Positions 1-14,027 of a stretch of 64,000 nucleotides of DNA are shown here, piece by piece (the first letter of the stretch is position 1; each line of letters begins with the position of its first letter). The notes below the pieces were generated by a model. That model was given only the letters and a program-made list of their open reading frames with translations, searched no databases and was not told where the DNA came from. This stretch comes from TPA_inf: Saccharomyces (taxonomy: Eukaryota). A program made the translations under genes and the position numbers. The stretch is from assembly GCA_000146045.2 (NCBI GenBank), contig BK006934.2, positions 96,001-160,000 of the forward strand, written 5' to 3'.

Positions 1-1937
1 ACTGAGACATTCGTACCTATTTCATAAGCAGTATAAACACCACCTGATGCACCTTGACCAATTTTTACTAAATTGGCATATTTTGTACTTGGGTCACCGT
101 CTGAGCAAATTTCGTTCAATTTGGCATATAGTTGTTTTTTACGTCTTTCCCTTTCCTCTCTCTTTTTCTCATTTAATTCTTTAGACAAGCTTCTTGCTTG
201 AGCTGGCTTCGAAGTAGGTGTCGTTACCGTCTCTTGCGCCGGCGCTTTTGGCGATTGAGCAACTTGCTGTGGTGTGTGAGCTGTGGAGATGATTGGAGAC
301 GTTTTGGATTTGGTTGGAGGTATTGGTGGTAGTGGCTGCTCCTCTTTTTTTAAAGTGGCATTTCTTGATATTGAGGACCTGTTTGGGCTGGTCCTGTTCG
401 GAGTTGTAGGTGCATGAGTCTGCTTCAAGGGCGAAACATTGGCGGCAGAATTCATGACGGGTGATTTTATAATTGGAGCTGAAGCGGACGCAGAAGATGG
501 GGGCTTAGGAGCCGGTCTACTTGGTATGAATTTCCCGTTTGCTGAACTAGAATCTGTATTTAAGGTTGGAGACATGACGTGATTGGACATTGGTGTACCT
601 GTTCTGGAACCGTAATTGTGCGAATCACTTGTCGACGGAGGAAATTTATTGAATGAGTTTGCAGGCGGTGTTGAAACTTGAGGACTTCCCGGCAATCCTG
701 TGGTTGTGTTGAAAGTCTTGAACATTTTATCTTCACCGTTTGTTTCCGTGACATCCTGATAGAATTTGACAATATCCATGACTGCTTGCATGTTTTGCTG
801 TTGTTCTCTTTTGGAAATACCACTAGAAGTCAACAATTTTTCCCATTCCTCCGGCAAACCTGTGTACTCACCAGTCTTGGAGTCCACGCCCACATGGTGG
901 ATATGCTTGGCATTGTATGGCGTAGATATCCTCAAAGCGGTGGTTATAGAAGATGAGGAAGAATTATTGGACGACGATGAGGCCCTTTTATCATCCTGAG
1001 AATTTCTCTTTATATTCTGTACAAAGGACGTAAAGACATCTTTCATTCTTAGTGTACCACTATTTGAACCGCTTTTCCTTTTTTTCGAAGAGGAAGAATA
1101 ATACGATTTTTCTGTTTGCTTTTTAGGTGGAGAGGAGTTTTTTAAAGGATTTTTCGAAGGAAAGCTTTTTTTCACAGAAACCGGTTTACTTTTTGCTTCA
1201 GGCTTGGACGGTTTAACTTTTGGTTTATGTTGCTTATGCTTAGGGTTCGAAAGCGAATGGGAAGCTGAATTGATCTGTCTTGGCGTGGTTGTCATCGATG
1301 GTTTAGAGATAACGGGAGTGGACACTGGTGTAGCCCTTCGTATATCAGTGGAGCTCTTATTCGAGTTTACTGTGGAAGATGCAACTGGCTGCTGGTGCTT
1401 CACTGTCGCGTTATTTTCTATAGTTTCTGTAGAATCTGTTAACGACAGTTTTGATAGTAAAGTGTCATTAAACTGGTGATCTGACTCGGACGCATTTATG
1501 GTAGAAAATGTGTTGTCAGCAGAATGATCCGGGGTTATATTGCTGGTATTTATGTTTGGAGTGACTGCTTCTAGAGATTTGGTTTCATCGATGTTAGAAT
1601 GAGGACTCATGGATGAAGACATTCCACTGATGACAGAGGAGGAAGATACTCGGGTAAATTGAATAGGATCATCTAGTGAAACGACATTATTGTCATCATC
1701 ATTGGTTGTCTCCGCGTTCTTCGCAGGATCCATGGATTTGTATCCACCAGCTTCATGGGCAGCATTAGTGCCTTTTTGTAAGGCATTGACGTTCAAAGTT
1801 CCAGTGGTCCTTGGTAATCGTAATCCATCGCCGCCATCGCCATTGCCGCCCATGGCCCTTTCATTGTCATTGCTGATACCGTTATCAAGACTGTCCTTGT
1901 CTGGTAGTTCCGATACAGCAGATGGATCATTGCTCAT
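1..1937 (-). CDS. STE20: STE20, PAK-family protein kinase; the N-terminal part through the start of the kinase domain, 3' end beyond the window
   Basis: The reverse complement of 1921-1937 gives ATGAGCAATGATCCATC (MSNDPS). The reverse complement of 1-170 translates to ...ERERRKKQLYAKLNEICSDGDPSTKYANLVKIGQGASGGVYTAYEIGTNVS, the start of the kinase domain with its GxGxxG loop. The minus-strand frame stays open to position 1. The ORF is absent from the six-frame track because it has no stop inside the window. Confidence 0.9.
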   Translation of the reverse strand, partial: MSNDPSAVSELPDKDSLDNGISNDNERAMGGNGDGGDGLRLPRTTGTLNVNALQKGTNAAHEAGGYKSMDPAKNAETTNDDDNNVVSLDDPIQFTRVSSSSVISGMSSSMSPHSNIDETKSLEAVTPNINTSNITPDHSADNTFSTINASESDHQFNDTLLSKLSLTDSTETIENNATVKHQQPVASSTVNSNKSSTDIRRATPVSTPVISKPSMTTTPRQINSASHSLSNPKHKQHKPKVKPSKPEAKSKPVSVKKSFPSKNPLKNSSPPKKQTEKSYYSSSSKKRKSGSNSGTLRMKDVFTSFVQNIKRNSQDDKRASSSSNNSSSSSITTALRISTPYNAKHIHHVGVDSKTGEYTGLPEEWEKLLTSSGISKREQQQNMQAVMDIVKFYQDVTETNGEDKMFKTFNTTTGLPGSPQVSTPPANSFNKFPPSTSDSHNYGSRTGTPMSNHVMSPTLNTDSSSANGKFIPSRPAPKPPSSASASAPIIKSPVMNSAANVSPLKQTHAPTTPNRTSPNRSSISRNATLKKEEQPLPPIPPTKSKTSPIISTAHTPQQVAQSPKAPAQETVTTPTSKPAQARSLSKELNEKKREERERRKKQLYAKLNEICSDGDPSTKYANLVKIGQGASGGVYTAYEIGTNVS

Positions 1938-2342
1938 TTCTTGTATTAGTCGAGGATCTTGTGGGATATTTAGGATGGGGTGTGAGGCAGTGAAGGGAAG
2001 AAGTTTGGGTTGCTTGCTACCTCGCTCTAATTGTACGTACGGATGTATGTCTTTAAGAAAGTATGTAAGTGTGTGTAGTATGTGAGTATCTATGTAAGCA
2101 TGCGTTGCTAATGCGAATTTACGGATGCCTCTTTTTGGTTTCGTATTTTTCCTCTCTGGCCAGGTGACTTTCTGAATTTTTCAGCTGCCAAAAGCGGTAG
2201 ACTTTCGAATTCCCTCTCTTGGCCGTGTTTCGGGCCACGAGGCGAAAATTTTTTTTTTTTAATCGAAAAAAAAAGGAAAAAAAGATTAACGTTTCTTTTT
2301 CGTTCTATCGTCTTCTACGATATCGCATGTAACACAATGCAG

Positions 2343-2795
2343 CTATCTGATAATATGGTCCCAGAATCGCAATAGCCGGGCAGGCACGCTACTAGAAGGC
2401 GGTTCTGGATAGAATTCAACTTTAGATGGCAGACTGAGGCACTGCCGTAACACAAGGCTAAGTAGCCGCAGCTGTTGCGGTCCATCTTGTGTCGCGGTGA
2501 GATCCCACAATCCATAGACGAGTACATTAGAGTATTGCGGACCATTCGCCTGCGCTTGCATCCGGGTGAGGTACATGTATAAGTACTTTACCCGGCCCAA
2601 AAAAACTACGGATACCCGCTCCCGGCTTGCCACGTGACCTGCCACAGTGTTCGTAGTCACGTGCTCCTTCAGTCCTCCTAACTCTACGTACTTCCTGGCA
2701 GTGTCTCCAAGGACTATCACCAGTACGTTTGGGCTTGACTGATCCAGGCTCCAATCGCTTTCTACTAGCTGTTGCAACCGCTCTTCAAACTGCAT
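2343..2795 (-). CDS. SHU1: SHU1, Shu-complex subunit, 150 aa
   Basis: Complete 150-aa ORF beginning MQFEERLQQLVESDW. Its position is immediately downstream-divergent from STE20, as on chromosome VIII. Confidence 0.8.
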   Translation of the reverse strand: MQFEERLQQLVESDWSLDQSSPNVLVIVLGDTARKYVELGGLKEHVTTNTVAGHVASRERVSVVFLGRVKYLYMYLTRMQAQANGPQYSNVLVYGLWDLTATQDGPQQLRLLSLVLRQCLSLPSKVEFYPEPPSSSVPARLLRFWDHIIR

Positions 2796-2827
2796 ATTGT
2801 ATCCTGCTGCTGCTGTTGTTGCACCCG

Positions 2828-4403
<1,576 letters not shown>

Positions 4404-4647
4404 ACACTTTTATTTTCTTTTGGCTTGTTAACCTAAACTTGTACATATGCCCATATATCCTTAAATATATATATATAGCCAACCCGAAGACGCTAAATAA
4501 ACGCATTTTTTTTTTTTTTTACAGAATTATTACTTTCGTACTTGGGTTTATGCTTCTTATAACAACAACTATGAGCTATACCATGTTAACTTGGCCTTCA
4601 TACAGGGGGGAAATCATATGATGATACGTATTCTCCTTAAGATACGT

Positions 4648-5883
4648 TTATTCACACTTTTCCTTAGATTCTTCATTTTCAGCGCTCTCATCAGAATCAC
4701 TGTCACTTCTTTCGTCCTTTTGGATACCTTGCCATATCAATCTGTACAAGATTCTAAGAATTAAAAACAGCCAATACAGGTTAACTAATTGTAACGCAGC
4801 AATTAGTACAAATACAATTGGCAACGAAATCCAACATTTGTATTGTTGTGTGGCAAAATTCAACACATAATTACCTTCATGACGGAATTCTGTTAAGACT
4901 GACCATAATATTCTGATATTCACGACATGGCGCAGATAGATCCAAAAGAACACGAACAAGCCGAACACAAAGGGAGTAAATACAGAATTCAGATAGTTTA
5001 ATGTCTTAGACAAAGAAAGGAAAAAATCTGACACATCCATAGTAATATAGATAGCCAATCCCATTTTGGTAAAATGGAAAACATATGATGACCAAATTAA
5101 TAATAATGTCACAATGTGATGAAAAACCAATTCCTTGTAATCCTTTCTTGGCTTTTCTAATTGTAGAACAAGAACACAAGCCTGTTGCGCCCAAAATGCC
5201 GCTTGACCCAAGTAAAATATCTTAAACAAGAACGGATTGGTTATAACAGGATATGTTCTGTACATTGGTTTTGTCTTGAACAACCACAAATCACTATGGT
5301 ACATAATATAAAGACCAAAGGGCCCTGAAACTCCGCAATAAAATATGGCATACATTTGTTCTAGCATACGCTTTTGACGATGCTCGGAAGTAACATTTAG
5401 GTATACCGTGAATGGTCGAATTACAACATCCATCAAAAACTCACGTAAAAATGTGAAGAAAATCATGTAGAAAAACACAAAACTCAAATCTTTGATACCT
5501 TTTGCATATGAGTCTGTGCCATCAACTTGATATGATATGGCTACGAACATGTGCAGCGGGTTTGATTCTGTTCTATTCCCAGATAAAAAGTACGCGCTAT
5601 ACACGCATACAAGTATGAAGAATGGTGTCAACCAACTATGACGGTAATTCATTTCTCTATATGAAAACCAAACCTTCCACAGTAGGTCACTATCCTTTTT
5701 AGAGTCACCAGTCAAGGCTTTCATCCTTTTTTTGGCCTCATTTTTAGAGGCAGCACTTTCAGGCATGGCTGCAAAGCCAGGAACTGTATCACCTAAATCA
5801 ATTTTACCCACGGAAGAGTTTCGTCTTCTTGTTTTTGCATTAACAACTAACCTATCGATAGATTTGTCCGTAGCTGATGTCAT
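4648..5883 (-). CDS. LAG1: LAG1, ceramide synthase component, 411 aa
   Basis: 411-aa multi-pass membrane protein with a Lag1/TLC-domain sequence (…[39 protein letters not shown]…) and an acidic C-terminal tail. Confidence 0.9.
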   Translation of the reverse strand: MTSATDKSIDRLVVNAKTRRRNSSVGKIDLGDTVPGFAAMPESAASKNEAKKRMKALTGDSKKDSDLLWKVWFSYREMNYRHSWLTPFFILVCVYSAYFLSGNRTESNPLHMFVAISYQVDGTDSYAKGIKDLSFVFFYMIFFTFLREFLMDVVIRPFTVYLNVTSEHRQKRMLEQMYAIFYCGVSGPFGLYIMYHSDLWLFKTKPMYRTYPVITNPFLFKIFYLGQAAFWAQQACVLVLQLEKPRKDYKELVFHHIVTLLLIWSSYVFHFTKMGLAIYITMDVSDFFLSLSKTLNYLNSVFTPFVFGLFVFFWIYLRHVVNIRILWSVLTEFRHEGNYVLNFATQQYKCWISLPIVFVLIAALQLVNLYWLFLILRILYRLIWQGIQKDERSDSDSDESAENEESKEKCE

Positions 5884-6611
5884 GTTGTCGTTATTTCTTC
5901 AGTTTCTCTGTATCTTGGAGTTCACTCTCAACACTGTCTAATATACCTTGCCACTTTAGATAGACAAGCAGTCAGATCAATTGAGACAACCTTACGAAAT
6001 CGTTTGGCAAATATCTTGACCTTCTTAGTACAGGGCTGCAGTTTTCCTTGCCTTGTTTGTCAAGTGATAGCGCGTAAAATGTTGATGCTGCAATTTGCTT
6101 TTCCCGCTAAAAAAATGGAATTTTTTCATCGTTTTTCACTACCCCTGGGCTGCCCTCGGTCAAGAAGGATTTCAAATGGAAGATGACGCATTAGGTAAGT
6201 TTAAAGCGTTAAATTCTCTATAAAAGGGATCTCTATTTACCTGTAATATACTATCGATATTAGTCTTGACGGACTGGGGTGTCCCTGGTCATAATACCCT
6301 AAAGGAAAAACGACTACGACCTTTGTCGGTCTAGCCGAAAGGTGTTTATATTTATGGAATCAGCAAGTGCAGGAAGATAGCAGGCTCTAAGATTGATTCA
6401 AAAGCTAAACCCTACATTACTGCCGCAGAACTTCGGTAGCCTTTGTACGTAATTATATACATTATTCTAATGGTTAACCTCATTTACCGTTATTAGTGAT
6501 TAGTTAAGAAATTCGAATTACATAAATGAAACGCAATGGATTCTAACTGTTAAATATAGGGGCCATGCCAGAGGCAATGCGTAAATCTATCTAAGGAAAC
6601 CGTTGACAAAA

Positions 6612-7970
6612 ATGTCATCATCTGCGATTAAAATAAGGAATGCACTGTTGAAGGCAACAGATCCCAAGTTGAGAAGTGATAACTGGCAATACATTTTAGA
6701 TGTTTGCGATTTGGTGAAGGAAGATCCCGAAGATAATGGACAAGAGGTTATGTCTCTTATAGAGAAGAGGCTAGAACAACAGGATGCTAACGTGATCTTA
6801 AGAACCCTCTCTTTGACGGTATCTTTGGCAGAAAATTGTGGTTCCCGCTTAAGACAGGAAATTAGTTCAAAAAATTTTACCTCTTTGTTATATGCGCTCA
6901 TCGAGAGCCATTCTGTACACATTACTCTAAAAAAAGCGGTGACTGATGTTGTCAAGCAACTGTCTGATTCATTCAAGGATGACCCATCATTACGCGCCAT
7001 GGGAGATCTATATGACAAAATTAAAAGAAAGGCTCCATATTTGGTACAGCCTAATGTACCAGAGAAGCATAACATGAGTACCCAGGCAGACAACTCAGAT
7101 GATGAGGAATTACAAAAAGCACTAAAAATGTCTTTGTTTGAGTACGAAAAGCAAAAAAAGCTACAAGAACAGGAAAAAGAAAGTGCCGAAGTCCTTCCGC
7201 AGCAACAGCAGCAGCATCAGCAGCAGAATCAAGCTCCTGCTCACAAAATACCGGCACAAACCGTTGTGAGAAGAGTTCGGGCTCTATATGACTTAACCAC
7301 AAACGAACCGGATGAATTGTCCTTTAGGAAGGGCGATGTTATTACAGTGCTGGAACAAGTATATAGAGATTGGTGGAAGGGAGCTCTTCGAGGAAATATG
7401 GGTATATTTCCATTAAATTATGTAACACCGATTGTTGAGCCATCGAAAGAAGAAATTGAGAAGGAAAAAAATAAGGAAGCCATAGTATTCTCTCAAAAAA
7501 CTACCATAGATCAACTTCATAATTCGCTTAATGCAGCTTCTAAAACGGGAAATTCAAATGAAGTTTTGCAAGATCCTCATATTGGAGATATGTACGGATC
7601 TGTAACGCCTTTGAGACCTCAAGTTACGAGAATGTTAGGTAAATATGCTAAAGAAAAAGAAGACATGTTATCCCTGCGTCAAGTCTTAGCAAATGCAGAA
7701 CGCTCATATAATCAACTAATGGATCGTGCAGCTAACGCACATATCTCACCACCAGTTCCAGGCCCTGCACTCTACGCAGGAATGACTCATGCTAATAATA
7801 CTCCAGTAATGCCACCTCAGAGGCAGAGTTACCAAAGCAATGAGTACTCACCTTACCCTTCTAATTTGCCAATCCAACATCCTACGAATAGCGCAAATAA
7901 TACCCCACAATACGGTTATGATCTTGGATATTCAGTTGTTAGCCAACCACCACCTGGTTATGAACAATAG
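6612..7970 (+). CDS. HSE1: HSE1, ESCRT-0 subunit with VHS, UIM and SH3 domains
   Basis: ATG at 6612 ([33 protein letters not shown]…). A UIM-like motif ([17 protein letters not shown]), a polyQ tract, an SH3 domain ([27 protein letters not shown]…WWKG) and a proline/tyrosine-rich C-terminus are present. Confidence 0.9.
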
Positions 7971-8225
7971 CCCTTCAACTTATATAGCACCTTTACATAT
8001 CTTTAATTTTTACGAAGAGCATTTTATTCAACTTTTGTACCTTTAAAGACGGTTTTCAGCCCACACATTTTTTGTTATTTTACACCACACAGTAAAACTT
8101 TCTTGCTTTTTTTTCTTGAGACTCCCCGACCATTGTTCGATATTCCAATTTTCGCAATCTTCAGAAAAGGGTATCCTAACATTCTAAATTAATAATAAAG
8201 AAGAGAGGCTACAAGCATTTATTAG

Positions 8226-9091
<866 letters not shown>

Positions 9092-9583
9092 AAAAAGAAG
9101 AATAATTCTAAAATCCATAGGTAAGTACTGAAAGCAATTTTGCGTTCCGTCAATGCATATTATATATATTAATCTTAACCATTTATGTAAACAACATATC
9201 ATTTCATTTTGTTCTGGCCACATTCCCTGTTCCTCTCAATATAGTGATGTTTTATAAGGGATATTCTTTGCGGCTCCATTATAAATACACTTTACCATGA
9301 GAGTTTCCTCACCAGCTATATTACTCGCGCCAACTACCATTCGACGCAAGGAACAAAAAAGCATCTAGATAATAGTAGAGAGGTGGTGATACACCCTCAG
9401 GTTGCTATGACGATATATTCTCCGTAAATTCTTTCTTACGATTATTCCTTTAGATCGGCAAGAGATTTGGGCTTGAGGAAGCGATAAAATTCTTTGTTGA
9501 CAAAACTCTCCCTTAGTGCTTGTGAAATAAACATCAATAATCATTTTTTTATTTTTCGCGTTTTTAAGATAATGTCTTAACCA

Positions 9584-9703
9584 ATTTTCTAAGTTCGGAA
9601 CACAAAACCCAATGTTTAATCATTTTTAATAAACAATTTAGTATATATATTATTTTAATTTTATTAAATTAATTAAAATTAAAAGAATTATTAGTCATGT
9701 GAT
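9584..9703 (-). other. CEN8: CEN8 point centromere. CDEI at 9696-9703 (ATCACATG on the minus strand), CDEII at about 9609-9695 (an ~87 bp tract almost entirely A/T), CDEIII at about 9584-9608 (minus strand GTTTTGTGTTCCGAACTTAGAAAAT with the central CCG)
   Basis: The three conserved elements are in the right order and spacing. CDEI matches RTCACRTG. CDEIII matches TGTTT.TG.TTCCGAA....AAAA. The site lies between RPL14B (YHL001W) and OSH7 (YHR001W), where the arm designation changes. Confidence 0.88.
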
Positions 9704-10054
9704 TACCATCCTACTTATTATACTAAATCGTTTTGTGGATGTGTAATTGTTGGAGTTCTTCTTATCTACTTTTTAACTTGTGTGTAATTAGAGCTGTACA
9801 TTCAAGGTAAGGAATGTAATGCACCAATGATTACCTAAATCAAATTCGAAATATGTATCAGTATATTATAGGAATGTTAATTCGCTCGTGCGTACTAATT
9901 TTTCCGAGGTCACTCGCAAATCCAGAATTCTAAAGGATGAAAGTATATTTTCTGAAATCGTCAACAAAGAAGGGATGTGATATATTCAAAATGGAAAGAT
10001 TCCTCCTTCTTTCATTTAGAAATAGGAAACTAACCAGTAAATTAGAAACAAAGA

Positions 10055-11368
10055 ATGGCTCTCAATAAACTAAAGAATATACCTTCTTTAACAAACAGTT
10101 CTCATAGCTCAATTAACGGCATTGCATCCAATGCTGCAAATTCCAAACCAAGCGGAGCAGACACGGATGATATCGATGAGAATGATGAATCTGGGCAAAG
10201 TATTCTATTAAATATTATTTCCCAGCTGAAGCCAGGTTGTGATTTATCTAGAATCACACTTCCGACATTTATTCTGGAAAAAAAATCGATGTTGGAGAGA
10301 ATCACTAATCAATTACAATTCCCAGATGTTCTTTTAGAAGCACACTCCAATAAAGACGGGCTGCAAAGGTTCGTTAAAGTGGTAGCATGGTACCTAGCAG
10401 GTTGGCACATTGGGCCCAGGGCTGTGAAGAAGCCCCTAAATCCCATTCTTGGAGAACACTTTACAGCTTATTGGGATTTGCCTAACAAGCAACAAGCCTT
10501 TTACATTGCAGAACAAACGAGTCACCATCCTCCTGAATCTGCGTATTTTTACATGATTCCAGAATCGAATATTAGAGTTGATGGAGTTGTTGTGCCAAAA
10601 TCGAAATTTTTAGGAAACTCAAGTGCTGCAATGATGGAGGGGTTAACTGTATTGCAATTCCTTGATATCAAGGATGCAAATGGTAAACCAGAGAAATATA
10701 CTCTATCGCAACCAAATGTTTACGCAAGGGGAATTCTGTTTGGCAAGATGAGGATTGAATTGGGAGATCACATGGTCATTATGGGTCCTAAGTATCAAGT
10801 GGATATTGAGTTCAAAACAAAGGGCTTTATTTCTGGTACCTATGATGCAATTGAAGGTACAATTAAGGATTACGATGGTAAGGAATACTACCAAATTAGT
10901 GGTAAGTGGAATGATATTATGTATATCAAAGATTTGAGGGAAAAAAGCTCTAAAAAGACTGTTCTCTTCGATACTCATCAGCATTTTCCTCTAGCTCCTA
11001 AAGTCCGCCCATTGGAGGAACAGGGAGAATACGAATCGAGAAGGCTTTGGAAGAAGGTTACGGATGCGCTGGCTGTACGTGACCATGAAGTAGCTACAGA
11101 AGAAAAGTTTCAGATAGAAAACCGCCAAAGAGAGCTGGCCAAAAAGAGGGCCGAAGACGGCGTTGAATTTCATTCAAAACTATTTAGAAGGGCAGAGCCA
11201 GGTGAGGATTTAGATTATTATATTTACAAGCACATCCCTGAAGGGACCGACAAGCATGAAGAACAGATCAGGAGCATTTTGGAAACTGCCCCGATTTTAC
11301 CAGGACAGACATTCACTGAAAAATTTTCTATTCCGGCTTATAAAAAGCATGGAATCCAAAAGAATTAG
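10055..11368 (+). CDS. OSH7: OSH7, oxysterol-binding-protein homologue, 437 aa
   Basis: An OSBP-related domain is present, including the fingerprint region EQTSHHPPESAYFY. Confidence 0.9.
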   Translation: MALNKLKNIPSLTNSSHSSINGIASNAANSKPSGADTDDIDENDESGQSILLNIISQLKPGCDLSRITLPTFILEKKSMLERITNQLQFPDVLLEAHSNKDGLQRFVKVVAWYLAGWHIGPRAVKKPLNPILGEHFTAYWDLPNKQQAFYIAEQTSHHPPESAYFYMIPESNIRVDGVVVPKSKFLGNSSAAMMEGLTVLQFLDIKDANGKPEKYTLSQPNVYARGILFGKMRIELGDHMVIMGPKYQVDIEFKTKGFISGTYDAIEGTIKDYDGKEYYQISGKWNDIMYIKDLREKSSKKTVLFDTHQHFPLAPKVRPLEEQGEYESRRLWKKVTDALAVRDHEVATEEKFQIENRQRELAKKRAEDGVEFHSKLFRRAEPGEDLDYYIYKHIPEGTDKHEEQIRSILETAPILPGQTFTEKFSIPAYKKHGIQKN

Positions 11369-11825
11369 GCTTCTCATTCTATTTTAATTATACTAGTACG
11401 ATTTCTCACTCTGTAATTTAATATCAGTGTAATATGCACCTAGTTATGGGTAGTTTTTGCTAACGTTACGAGCCGCGAAACTGTCCTCAATCTTCACCAC
11501 TACCTCTAATGACTGAAGAATGCTATGCGATATAACGCTGTCGCACTTTGAATATATACTTATATTTACATAGTTTTCAAGTGCGTATTACTATTGCAAA
11601 GTAGTATTTTGTCACGTGATTTTGATCCAATTAAAACTAAATATGGTTCAACCCGTTGTTTCCGCATCAAAAAACCATACCATTTATCAAGGGGACGGGA
11701 TATATCACATAACAGTTTGAATGCATAATTTGTTATAGATATCTTCTGGAATAATCTTCACAGCAAAAGCGCAAGTCGAATAATATATCGATAAATACAA
11801 TCCATAAGACTTAAAACTAACCTCA

Positions 11826-12122
11826 ATGGCGGTAAGTATCCTATCATATTATGTGAGCTAGAACCGAATTAGTATACTAACATTTATAATACAGTACACT
11901 TCTCATCTGTCTTCAAAAACTGGTCTACATTTCGGTAGACTTTCTTTAAGAAGTTTAACAGCTTATGCTCCGAATTTAATGTTATGGGGTGGTGCTAGCA
12001 TGCTTGGGCTATTTGTATTCACAGAAGGATGGCCTAAGTTTCAAGATACGCTATACAAAAAGATTCCGTTGTTAGGACCTACATTGGAAGATCATACTCC
12101 ACCAGAAGATAAACCTAATTGA
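11826..12122 (+). CDS. QCR10: QCR10, 77-aa subunit of the cytochrome bc1 complex; spliced: exon 1 11826-11831 (ATGGCG), exon 2 11895-12122
   Basis: The spliced product is MA|[75 protein letters not shown]. The 63-nt intron has GTAAGT as its 5' splice site, TACTAAC at 11874-11880 and a CAG acceptor at 11892-11894. Confidence 0.85.
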
Positions 12123-12811
12123 AGCCAAAACATCCAACCGGCTGAGTGATTTTATTTATTTGTTTTACGTTCTTTTCTATCATTTTGGAAGAGGAATTAA
12201 TGCAAAACACATTTGTATTTTTTTTTATTTTTGCATATTCTCGATTATCTATACATATTTTTAAACTGGATCATAAAAGGTATAAAAAGTAATTGATCCA
12301 TACAACATTTTTAAATATTTACCCCTCTATTTTCAGAATATTTACTAAAACATCAGTTATCAAAGAGTAGGGAAAAGTTAACTACAGGTTTGTTTTTCCT
12401 CTTTTTATGTATCTTTTGAGCTTTGTAATTGGGCAGCACATCTCTATGTTTTCAGGGAAACCTATTTCATTCGCCATTTTGATGATTTAGGCATACGCCA
12501 ATGCTAACGCCGTTTCTTGTAATTTCTATTTTTTCAAATGGAGTACTTTACCTTCCTCCCGCAGCTGGAACTTTCAACCCGCCGGAAGAAAAGACCAAAT
12601 AATATTATAATTAATATTTAAAACCCTTGAAAGATCATCTCTTAAAATAACCTCAAATAGTGTAAATCCAAGCACTTGAAAACTTTGCCGTTTTAGAACT
12701 CGTTAAATCCTTTAAGAAGGACATAACAGCCAGAGTAACAAAATAGTTTGCTCGTGAAAGCACCAGTGAAATTTCTCGAGGTAACTGCTAAAATAAACAC
12801 AGTTCTTAAGT

Positions 12812-13885
12812 ATGACGCGAGATAGCCCAGATTCTAACGACAGCTATAAGCATATAAACAAGAATACTACACAAAAAACCTCGTTTGATAGAAATTCATT
12901 CGATTATATTGTACGATCGGGATTAGCTGGAGGTATATCAGGTTCATGTGCGAAAACACTAATCGCACCCTTAGATAGAATAAAAATTTTATTTCAAACA
13001 TCAAATCCGCACTACACAAAGTACACAGGCTCACTAATAGGATTAGTAGAGGCAGCCAAGCATATATGGATCAATGATGGGGTAAGGGGGTTTTTTCAAG
13101 GCCATTCAGCAACCCTTTTAAGGATTTTTCCATATGCTGCTGTCAAATTTGTTGCTTATGAACAGATTAGGAATACCTTGATTCCCTCAAAAGAATTTGA
13201 GTCACATTGGAGAAGGTTGGTGAGTGGTTCACTGGCAGGATTATGCAGTGTTTTCATAACATATCCGTTAGATCTCGTGAGGGTTAGGTTAGCATATGAA
13301 ACAGAACATAAGAGAGTAAAGCTAGGAAGAATAATCAAGAAAATATATAAGGAACCAGCTTCAGCCACGCTAATCAAAAATGATTATATTCCTAACTGGT
13401 TTTGTCATTGGTGTAATTTTTATAGGGGTTATGTTCCAACTGTACTTGGCATGATACCATATGCAGGTGTTTCCTTTTTTGCTCACGATTTACTTCATGA
13501 TGTGCTGAAGAGTCCTTTCTTTGCCCCTTATTCAGTATTAGAACTTTCAGAAGATGATGAATTGGAAAGAGTACAGAAAAAGCAGAGAAGGCCTTTGCGT
13601 ACGTGGGCTGAATTGATCTCTGGTGGTCTAGCTGGTATGGCCTCCCAAACGGCAGCATATCCATTTGAAATTATTAGGAGAAGGCTCCAAGTAAGTGCAC
13701 TGTCACCAAAAACTATGTATGATCATAAATTTCAATCGATATCTGAAATTGCTCACATAATATTTAAAGAACGTGGAGTACGTGGATTTTTTGTTGGTCT
13801 AAGCATAGGTTATATTAAAGTAACACCTATGGTTGCATGTAGTTTTTTCGTCTATGAAAGAATGAAATGGAATTTTGGCATTTAA
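12812..13885 (+). CDS. LEU5: LEU5, mitochondrial carrier family (CoA import), 357 aa
   Basis: Three repeats typical of mitochondrial carriers (PLDRIKILFQ, PLDLVRVRLA, PFEIIRRRLQ). Confidence 0.9.
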   Translation: MTRDSPDSNDSYKHINKNTTQKTSFDRNSFDYIVRSGLAGGISGSCAKTLIAPLDRIKILFQTSNPHYTKYTGSLIGLVEAAKHIWINDGVRGFFQGHSATLLRIFPYAAVKFVAYEQIRNTLIPSKEFESHWRRLVSGSLAGLCSVFITYPLDLVRVRLAYETEHKRVKLGRIIKKIYKEPASATLIKNDYIPNWFCHWCNFYRGYVPTVLGMIPYAGVSFFAHDLLHDVLKSPFFAPYSVLELSEDDELERVQKKQRRPLRTWAELISGGLAGMASQTAAYPFEIIRRRLQVSALSPKTMYDHKFQSISEIAHIIFKERGVRGFFVGLSIGYIKVTPMVACSFFVYERMKWNFGI

Positions 13886-14027
13886 TTATGCATCGCATTT
13901 TGTTTTATTTGCATATCGCAATGAAACCGTCTATTCGGGTTCTATAGGAAGTACACTGCATTACACTATGATGTAAATAGTATTAATAAATCTATATTCA
14001 ATATGTTGTATTTTTGATCTCCCATTG

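Noticed and set aside
678-2085. A string of plus-strand ORFs (92, 77, 91 and 131 aa) at the start of the window.
   Set aside because: They lie antisense to STE20, whose minus-strand frame is open from 1937 to the window edge. The STE20 frame translates to a PAK kinase. The plus-strand products are low-complexity with no start or stop context.
9100-9580. An ARS consensus (WTTTAYRTTTW) near the centromere and elsewhere.
   Set aside because: A scan by eye found no exact 11/11 match that I could defend. Without an ARS motif and B-element scoring the calls would be guesses.
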